NCBI GenBank assembly: GCA_000002445.1
Contig: CH464491.1
Coordinates: 5,120,001-5,184,000, forward strand
Direction of reading: 5' to 3'
Source of the DNA: Trypanosoma brucei
Lineage: Eukaryota
DNA length: 64,000 nt
Shown: piece by piece, positions 56,464 to 64,000 of the stretch
How positions within the stretch are numbered: the stretch's first letter is position 1
Layout of the letters: each line of letters starts with the position of its first letter
Notes under the pieces: generated by a model
What the model saw: only the letters and a program-made list of their open reading frames with translations
The model's database searches: none
Told to the model about the DNA's origin: nothing
Made by a program: the position numbers and the translations under genes

Positions 56464-57957
56464 CTAGAATTCTACAAGAAAAATCATGACAAATATATGA
56501 ATAACAAAAACTCTCAAATTACTAAAAAACGACTTTTCAGCTTTTTTGTCAGTTAAAACTTTAGGAAAGCATTTCGGGTCTTTTTTCTCATCAAAATCAC
56601 AGCCTTTTTCATCCTTGCAGGGTTTTTCTGTGGTATGTTTTTTGCATTCGTCTGCTGTTTTGGGTGGCTCTGACGCTTTTCCTGCATTGGATTCTGTGGT
56701 ATATGGCTGTTTGTCTGCTTGAGATGTCGACTTCTGGAAGCTGTCGGTAATGTGTTGTACCATTATTCGCGTAGCTAATCCTATGCTGTCAACGTCCTTT
56801 AGCGTCATCTCTTTCTTTTCTCCAAGGACTGTTGCTGGCACTTTCAGCTCCTTAATTTCGTCCCAAATCTTGGTTTTGAAGTTTTCTTGTTTACCAAAAT
56901 TGTTTGTGATAAGGTTGGATACTGTATTTTTTTTCCTCTCCCGTTTCTTTGTCTCGGGGTAAATTGGCGTAGATGCTTCCGACAGCCGCTATGAAGTCGT
57001 CATCGTTTATAAAGCTGTTTAGATCGTCAGGGTTAAACCTGCTCGCTGCTGCTCCTAGTGTTGTAGCTGCTGCTGTGATGTCGATTGCCGCTTGTTTTAA
57101 ATAGTGATCTTGGTTGGTTTCGTTATAGCTTGCCAGTTTCTTTAGGCCGTAGTCGCCTGCTTGACCTGCGTCTAGGGACGTTTGTGTTGCTTGAAATACT
57201 TTACCGCCTGCTATGCAGATATTGTCGTTGCTTGCTACTGCTGCTGCCACCGCTGTGCCGCCTGCCGGAGTGCACGTGTTAGTGGAGTTCTGTTGGCCGG
57301 CTCCTACCGCCGGCGCCCTTGTTGCGCCCCCTGCTGCATCTGCTACCGGCGACGCTACGAAAATCGTGAATTTCTTAAGTTTTGCTGGTGTTGCCCAACT
57401 TCCGAACTCTGCTGCATTCTTGGCGTTTACTGAGCGTTGACAGGTTGCGAGGCCGTTTTTTTGTAGTTTTTGAAGTTTATTGAGCCCGCTACACCGGTGA
57501 TTGATGCTGCAGCGGTCTGCCACGCATCCGCTGTTTTTATCTCTAGTTTTTCTACTGAAGCCGTTGCCAGCTGGTGGCCTGTTATATTTGCAGCGGCTAC
57601 TACGCCGCGAATGGACTGCCGTGCGTGTTTCAGGCTGGTAGCAGTGGCCACCTGCAGTTCCCTCTGTAGAGTGGGTAGCATGGCCCTTGCGGCCTTGGCC
57701 AGGGACGGGTTATAGGGTTGAACAACAGCCGCTGTCGCCTGCTTCGTCCTTTTTAGCAGTAGCTCGTTTTGTGTTAACCGCGTTGTGAGCTTCCCCTCTA
57801 ATTTTGCGATGATGACATTCAGAACTGATGCTGAGGCACAGGCATCTGTTGTTTCGCTGCTGAGTTCGTTGGAAGCTAGGGCTTCTGTCGGTTTCAGCAG
57901 CAAAAGTAATAGTACTGCGGACACTGTTGTAGTTTTAGCCGCTTTCTTGCTTAGCAT
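56464..57957 (-). pseudogene. VSG: VSG pseudogene (ORFs 57427-57957 N-domain with signal peptide, 56891-57523, 56464-56841 C-domain with hydrophobic tail), frameshifted
   Basis: Three overlapping VSG-like ORFs in different frames. Confidence 0.75.
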
Positions 57958-59699
57958 TGGTTTCTTCCTTCGTGTTATACATAGCTGAGCTACTGTTTTG
58001 TGGGTTTCAACAAGTATTTTTCTTTTGAAGCTTATGCATTACATTTCTAGCTGCTGCCGCGGTAAATCTCTGTTGCGCACGTCATGTGCTTACTATTATC
58101 AAATACACCTAAAAATCAACACGAGAAATTTTACACTATCCCGCCTGCACCTGTATGTGAAATACACTCAGTCCGTGCCACTTTCTCTTCGAAGTACTGA
58201 TGGAATACCTTTTGCAGTTACCATTTTTCTGAGTAATAGTATCCAAACGAGTTAAGCTTCTCAGGTTACCCAGTGCTAAATAACGTACAGCTGCTTTCCA
58301 GTTACCTGTATTGCTATTCTCTTGTTCACTTGGAGCTCCCAGGCTCATGCTGGATCCAACTCTACAGTTAGCTGTACCTCATATATTGTTTATATTTTGA
58401 ATTCACTTTGACTTCATATGCTATTGCTGTCGTGTGTGATACTGATGCTGGACTCCTTTTCATATGTTTCTTACCGTCGAACCAATAGGTGGAAGATTAC
58501 GTCTTTTTTTTTGTAATTTAAACTCCAATGTACCTCACTTTATAAAAATCTAACCCTTCTTCATCCATATCTATCTATGAAGTTCCCATTTGTGCTCCGG
58601 CATTCAAGCACACCCTGTGTCTAAATTATTAAAGAAACTTTTTACACCTTAAAATTTAATATTTATGTCTATTACTCCGTTCTGTTTTTTTACACTTTCA
58701 TATATGCTTGCATTTTCTGGAATAACAAAGTAACAGTGAACTTTTTACAGGTGGTGATTTCTTTTCTGCCTGTGACCTCAATCATTTTTCGTCTGTTTAG
58801 CTCTTTATCGTTTAACGCTTAGTAATTCCAGATGTAGAAGTGGCCTTCTTGCAGTTTTTCTTTGTTAATTTTTGCTAGTTTTCTTTTGTTAGAGACTACA
58901 TTTATATGGATTGTTCGTTCTTTGAAAGGTGAATGTGTCTTGCTAGTATATAAACAAGGCATTTTTGGTGTATCACTGCCAATTCTATCCACTTCAAAGA
59001 ACAACCCAACGTTTCATACATGGGATATTTTAAACAAATTTTCGCATTTTTATCAATCTTCTATTCATCACTGTAATCCATTGGTTCTCCCAGCTTTAAA
59101 ATCATTTGCCAGATCCCATCATATTGTTTCATACAAACATTAGCGTTCATTATTACTATATATATATAATTAGAAGCTTTAGATGTTACCTCACATTTAC
59201 CCAATCCCTTCTCACTGTTGACCTTTTTGTTGTCTTTCTTTACATCTGGTTATTAATATCTACAATAAGATCAAACACAACGGTCTATACATTCATCTAT
59301 ACAGTAGTATACATACATTTTAAAAATCAAATACGGGGAAGCATTGCCTTTCCTCTTCATCCTTCTAACGTATTATTGTTCTCTTTGTTATGCTGTTATT
59401 CTGTTTTGTGTTCATTTGTTCGAATCTTTATTTTTCTCTCTTCTTTTTTGTCTACTACTAGTGCTACTAATTACGTAACAACACCATTTAGCTAGGAAAA
59501 TGACGTTTTGTTCTCCCTAATTTTTTTCTCCTCGCGCACAATGATAGAGGTTGTCATAACTGCGTTTATAACTGCGCATATTCGATTTATTTCCATTTCT
59601 TTTCCTTTCTGTATCTCCTTTACTAATATTCCTCTTTTTCCCTCTAGCTACCTATAACTGATAATACAATCTTTCGATTGTTTAAGTGCTTTACTTTGG

Positions 59700-59770
59700 G
59701 TCACAACTCTAGTCTTTATTACTTCACTTAGTATTATATACACAATTACAATACTTACGTGCCTTTATTA
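59700..59770 (-). repeat. Degenerate 70-bp repeat
   Basis: cttagtattatatacacaattacaatacttacgtgcctttattatcatc. Confidence 0.45.
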
Positions 59771-59929
59771 TCATCAATAAAATAAACAAAATAGGAACTT
59801 TTATGATGGTACTATCTTTTTAACCATATCACTATACTATAATACACCCAAAGTCTACTTCCACATAAAATTTCGTATCCTAGATTTCTTTTTAAATAAT
59901 TTAAATATATTTTTCATCCTTAAATAAAA

Positions 59930-60000
59930 AATTCAAGCAACAGAGGGGCATTAATCAAAGCAGAATTGCTTCCTGTGGAGCCTGTAGGGTTTCTATCATT
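59930..60000 (-). pseudogene. VSG: VSG 3'-terminal remnant (…PTGSNSALINAPLL…)
   Basis: Minus-strand translation of 59935-60000. Confidence 0.45.
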
Positions 60001-60279
60001 TCCACCAGTTCACTTTTTTTTTTTACTTCCTTCTTTGTTTTCTTACTCAATGTGCACAGTTTACCCTAGACGGCTTTTGGGTTAAAAACGTACCTCCGGA
60101 AGTCTAGCACCTTTGGATGGTGGGTGCCAAAGACAGAGTGTGTAGCTACTCCTTAGTTGCTTATTTTAATTAGCGGCTATCCCCTAAATATTAGTATATT
60201 TCCTTAATTTCCCCCTTTAAAAAACAAACCGCGTTCAAAACCATAGGACACGCGCCAGCTTTTTAAAAGAATTTAAGAG

Positions 60280-60640
60280 TCGCACAGCGCAAAATGCAGA
60301 GATGAAATTCACAAAAGTGTAAAAGTAAAATTATAACAAATCTGCAGAGAGGTTGAGTCGGCAAACTTAAGCAAAGATGTTTGTCGCGTAAATAAGGGTT
60401 GGGGTCCGCATAACAAAATAGCCGCTGCATGACTATAAGAATAAAAAAGCATCAACCAGGTACAAAAAAAGCATAATAAATCGTATCACCAGCGGCGGGG
60501 CACATAAAAAAAAAGGAGCCGCTGCATCACTAAAAGACTAAAAAAACAAAAAAAGAAAAGGAGAAAAAATTAACCCTAACACACTACCCCTAAGCATAAG
60601 CCGGAAAACCCCCTAACTAACTAACCTACCTACCCACAAA
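60280..60640 (-). repeat. Interstitial telomere-like module E: conserved block (gtcgcacagcgcaaaatgcagagatgaaattcac), GGGTTGGGGTCCGC, two AGCCGCTGCAT(G/C)ACTA motifs, degenerate CCCTAA/CTAACTAACCTA tract
   Basis: taagggttggggtccgcataacaaaatagccgctgcatgactataag … ggagccgctgcatcactaaaag … ttaaccctaacacactacccctaagcataagcc…ccctaactaactaacctacctaccc. Confidence 0.8.
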
Positions 60641-60759
60641 AACTCCAAAAAACGGGAAAAAGGAAAAAAATTTTAGTTGCCAGAAAAACACAAAATATTT
60701 TTACAGAGTCACAATTTTACAAACTTACAAAAACAGTTCAATTTTTTCGGGTAAGTTAC

Positions 60760-60775
60760 GTGTTAAAATATATCA
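60760..60775 (-). promoter_or_regulatory. VSG 3'UTR 16-mer
   Basis: gtgttaaaatatatcaaaagttttcaaatagcaaaaa. Confidence 0.8.
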
Positions 60776-60834
60776 AAAGTTTTCAAATAGCAAAAATTTT
60801 TAGCAAAAATTTAGCAAGAAAAATAGGGGAAAAT

Positions 60835-62265
60835 TTAGAAAAGCAACACTGCAATCAAAAGAGGAGCCTTGTGAATGACAAAAGAATTGCTTCCTGTGGT
60901 GTTTGTAGCTTTGGCATAATCCCCATTTTTCTTGTCGTCTTTGCTCTTTTTCGGAAAACATTTTGGCGTTTTGTTTTCATCCAAATAACAGCCTTCTTTT
61001 TGACAGTGTTCTGGGGTTGTTTGGCTTCCACATTGTTGTGGTTTTTGTGTGGAGGTCTCTGTTTTACAGCTAGGCTTGTTTTTTCTTTGAGAGGCATGGT
61101 ATGCTAAAACTAATCCTCTGTTAGTGTCGGTAGAAAGTTGTTCGATTTTGCTGTCAATGTCTGTTCCCGCTATTTTCTGCTTTACTGAGTTTGCCTTCAC
61201 CTTCTCCCATATCTTAGCATTGAATTCTGTCTCAGTGCCTCCGAACATGGCTTTTATGCCGTCTGTTATGGCTTTCTTTTGCGAATCACTGCTTGCGTCG
61301 TATTTGGCTGCCGGGCCTTGTAATTCTATCAGAACTGCTTTTCTCACGCCTTCGTCGTTTTGTACAACTGCCATGTTACGGACTGAGGCCATATCTGCGT
61401 CGCATGGTTTGTTTTTGAGAAAGTCGTAGAGGCGGTGTTCTATGCTCGTTTGGTGTTTCTCCAATTCTTTTTTTAGTCCTTGCGGTGTGTCTGAGCGTTT
61501 GGGCTTAGCGTCGGTTGTTTTCACCGCTAGCTGCGCAAGTTCTCCTGCCTTAAAAAGTGTTGCTGCCGCTGATGAAACTTTGATGTTGGTCTCGGCTGTG
61601 CTGCAGGCAGCGCCTACACATGCGACCTGGCAGACACCGGCGGCGGTGTCTGCGGTGGTTTTGCCTTCCAGTTTGTGTATTCTGATCGACTCTAGCTGCC
61701 GCGTGTCTGGGTCGTTATCTGTATTTGCCGCCGTCGCCGTGTATGTCTTTGCACATGAATCGTCGGTCAGTTTGTCCAGTTTTAGGTGACCTGAGACTGA
61801 CTGCCCTTGGCCGGTGTTTGACATCGCCTGAGCTGTCCCTGTCGCTGATTTGATTTCCGTTGCAGATGATAGCGCCAAGTTTTTGCCGGCTTCGATGTTG
61901 AGCGTTCGTGTTAGTTGGCTTACTGCTTGCGCGCACGTTACAGCCGCTTTTGCTAAAGTCGCTGTGCGCCTTGATGCGTATTCTGACAGCCCGGCTATTG
62001 CTGCGTTGGCTGCCCCCGTATCTGTTGTTGCTGCGTAGACCTCAAGCGCCCTGTGCTCATCTACCGCTTCCGTTGTTTTCTCCAGCAGACTCTTCAGTTT
62101 CCCCTCCGCTGCCGCAGCGAGCTTGATTAGGTAATGCGCCGATTTGCATGGCGTGTCTTGTTTTGTGAGTTCCGCTGCGGGGTCAGCTTGTGTGCCGCGA
62201 CTTAGCAGCAGTGTTGCCACAACTAAGCCAATAAAAGTCGCAATTATATTGCTAACTGCGGTCAT
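60835..62265 (-). CDS. VSG: VSG, intact (476 aa; signal peptide MTAVSNIIATFIGLVVATLLLSRG; GPI signal GSNSFVIHKAPLLIAVLLF)
   Basis: Uninterrupted ORF; C-domain CQKEGCYLDENKTPKCFPK. Confidence 0.9.
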   Translation of the reverse strand: MTAVSNIIATFIGLVVATLLLSRGTQADPAAELTKQDTPCKSAHYLIKLAAAAEGKLKSLLEKTTEAVDEHRALEVYAATTDTGAANAAIAGLSEYASRRTATLAKAAVTCAQAVSQLTRTLNIEAGKNLALSSATEIKSATGTAQAMSNTGQGQSVSGHLKLDKLTDDSCAKTYTATAANTDNDPDTRQLESIRIHKLEGKTTADTAAGVCQVACVGAACSTAETNIKVSSAAATLFKAGELAQLAVKTTDAKPKRSDTPQGLKKELEKHQTSIEHRLYDFLKNKPCDADMASVRNMAVVQNDEGVRKAVLIELQGPAAKYDASSDSQKKAITDGIKAMFGGTETEFNAKIWEKVKANSVKQKIAGTDIDSKIEQLSTDTNRGLVLAYHASQRKNKPSCKTETSTQKPQQCGSQTTPEHCQKEGCYLDENKTPKCFPKKSKDDKKNGDYAKATNTTGSNSFVIHKAPLLIAVLLF

Positions 62266-62730
62266 TTAAGTCCTTTCGGCTCTTTCTGTTTTTGCGTTGG
62301 TGGTGGTTTCCGCTCTTTATTTTGCACTCCTTCTTTTGCTTTTGCCTAGAGTTGAGTGTTTAGTCAGGTATAAAGCCAACTGTGTGAAAAGTGTGACAGA
62401 CGTTTTGTCGATATTATGTTTAATTTCGCAATTGTGCTCGGCGGTTGCGGCGTAACAATAAATTGAGGTTTTTACGTCAGTTACCTTTCTCCGTTTCAAA
62501 CTCGCTCCTTGTGTATTCCATCTGTCGCTTATTTCCCAAAAGAGACACTATATGCATTAAAAGCATAAACATGTTGTGAAATAAACTTTTTCGATACCAC
62601 TGGGTTGGGAAATTGTCTGGTCGCACCTGTTGTGATATTGCAAGAGATGCAAGAATTCTCCGAAGAGTGTATTAAAAACTATAAGCCGCACTTTGCGCCG
62701 CCGTTAGTCAGTTGTATTCGGTGCTTCGTC

Positions 62731-63832
62731 TCACAATTTCTTTGCTTTAAACAAATCCCCGTTTTTGAAAGCATCGCCACAAATTTTCTCATATACAAGG
62801 CTTAAATATTTTCCATTTATTGTATAGACTTCTGTCGCCCCTAAGTTAGAAATAGTAAAATTAGATTTATTGAAATTTCTGTAACAACCGAGGTGCTGGA
62901 ACAGCTGCTTTGCAAACTCCCGCCATGCCAGTGCGATGCCAGGGAAGTGGATGAAAGGCGCATTTCCAGGTACTGGCGCGGTCGGCACCGAAAAAAATCT
63001 CTCGTTATAGTCCAAGGAAATCAAACCCCTGCGTAAAATAAATCTTTTACTGATGCTTCCTTCCTGAGTTACGCTCCACAACCACAAAGGCATGAAAATA
63101 CTTTGATCAGACCACCAGTCGTCACTTGTTTTCAATAACTCATTAAATGCTACGTTTAAGCTCCTGAATGCCCAAACTCTTGCGATTATATTACCACCTC
63201 CAAGGTAAGGTTTTCCGCTAGGAGGTGATTTTAGTAAATGGGGTAATTTTTTATCCTCCTCTTTTTGGTAACCAACATTAAAAAGCCAGTAGCATCTCTC
63301 CACATGTTCTTTGTGATCTGAATTAATAAGCAAATCCAATTGAGGTGCTGTGCAATCTGGGGTTGTGATAAACTGAACCGGAGATATTTGATTTTCTTTA
63401 ACTATTTCATCTTCCCTAAACTTACCTTCATTTGCCGCAGTATTATGTATAAAATATTCCACCGCATTTTCATATTTTTCTCTGTCAGAAACAATAACAT
63501 TAGATCCGCCTGAATGAATTACAATATCCTCATCACTGCCATTCTGTCATTATAAATATTGCATAACCCACCTAGTTCCTCTTAACATGGCTGTACAAAC
63601 CTCCTATTGCAATTGTAGTAATTTCAACATGGCTTAGATTGGCGCTCAGTATGAGTCTGCACCATCCTTGAGTTGCATGAGTTTGAACTGCAACGACAAA
63701 GACCCTTGGGTCCTTACGGTCTGTCTTTGTCATATTTGTTATTCTATTTGGCTCATCCCCATCAAGAGACATTGAGCCTAAACACACGAAATGCAGAAAA
63801 GACAAATAAAGTTCACATAAACTATATTTCAT
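62731..63832 (-). pseudogene. Third member of the secreted N-glycosylated family (tentatively ESAG3-like), frameshifted (ORFs 63572-63832 and 62731-63462)
   Basis: MKYSLCELYLSFLHFVCL signal peptide; VFVVAVQTHATQGWC shared with 39552-39899; same position relative to the downstream VSG. Confidence 0.5.
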
Positions 63833-64000
63833 TTCTTAATATGACTTTAAAATTTGAATGCATTATGAGGAAAAATGAAAAAAACTTAGGAAAGAAGTGA
63901 GCAGCACAACGTATATTTTTATTTTCGATAAGTTTAAAAATTCAATTTCAAAACACACCTTGTTGTATCTAAAGTAAAACATCAACATTTAGCGGTGTCA

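Overview
This window reads as a Trypanosoma brucei subtelomeric VSG (variant surface glycoprotein) array. That identification is by recognition only; no search was run. All VSG-related units sit on the minus strand at roughly 1.5-4 kb spacing. The repeating unit, read on the minus strand, is: 70-bp repeat (TAA/TRR-rich tract plus GTTGTGAGTGTGTATATACGAATATTATAATAAGAG core), then a ~0.6-1.5 kb upstream interval, then a VSG, then a conserved AT-rich 3' flank, then the next 70-bp repeat. I count about 17 VSG units. Five have intact ORFs with a signal peptide and a hydrophobic GPI signal: 13798-15378, 28490-30010, 37107-38651, 47590-49071 and 60835-62265. Two have long ORFs but an in-frame stop just before the GPI signal: 8670-10091 and 17947-19353. 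The rest are frameshifted pseudogenes or 3' fragments. Two full-length (~5.25 kb) ingi non-LTR retrotransposons lie on the plus strand, opposite to every VSG: 21578-26832 (degenerate) and 41771-47016 (one frame, three nonsense codons). Both carry the 2A-like DVEENPGP peptide, APE, RT and RNase H regions and five C-terminal C2H2 fingers, and each occupies a slot where a VSG is missing or truncated. The other pseudogenes are two beta-1,3-glycosyltransferase-like (GT67/GT31 type, R-x-x-I/L-R-x-T/C-W ... KADDD motifs) copies at 15543-16731 and 30222-31334, and three members of a secreted, N-glycosylated family at 10430-11100, 38803-39899 and 62731-63832. The glycosyltransferase copies share an in-frame TAA and a ~440-bp near-identical conversion tract. 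I tentatively call the second family ESAG3-like; that is my weakest identification. The most unusual feature is that four of the five intact VSGs carry the canonical 3'UTR end (TTGCTACTTGAAAACTTCTGATATATTTTAACAC, the 16-mer). Each of the four is followed on the coding strand by short, degenerate interstitial telomere tracts, (TTAGGG)n and TTAGG/TTAGGTTAG variants. After these comes a recurrent module with the motif AGCCGCTGCATCAYTAAG, in three of the five units preceded by an inverted GGGTTRGGGTYCGC, plus a conserved block X and then a truncated VSG C-terminal fragment. This looks like the scar of telomeric VSG cassettes captured into an internal array. I found no rRNA or tRNA and no CRISPR array. 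Two regulatory elements are called by recognition: the VSG 3'UTR 16-mer and the ingi Pr77 hallmark. Coordinates of repeats and pseudogene boundaries are approximate, to about 20 bp.
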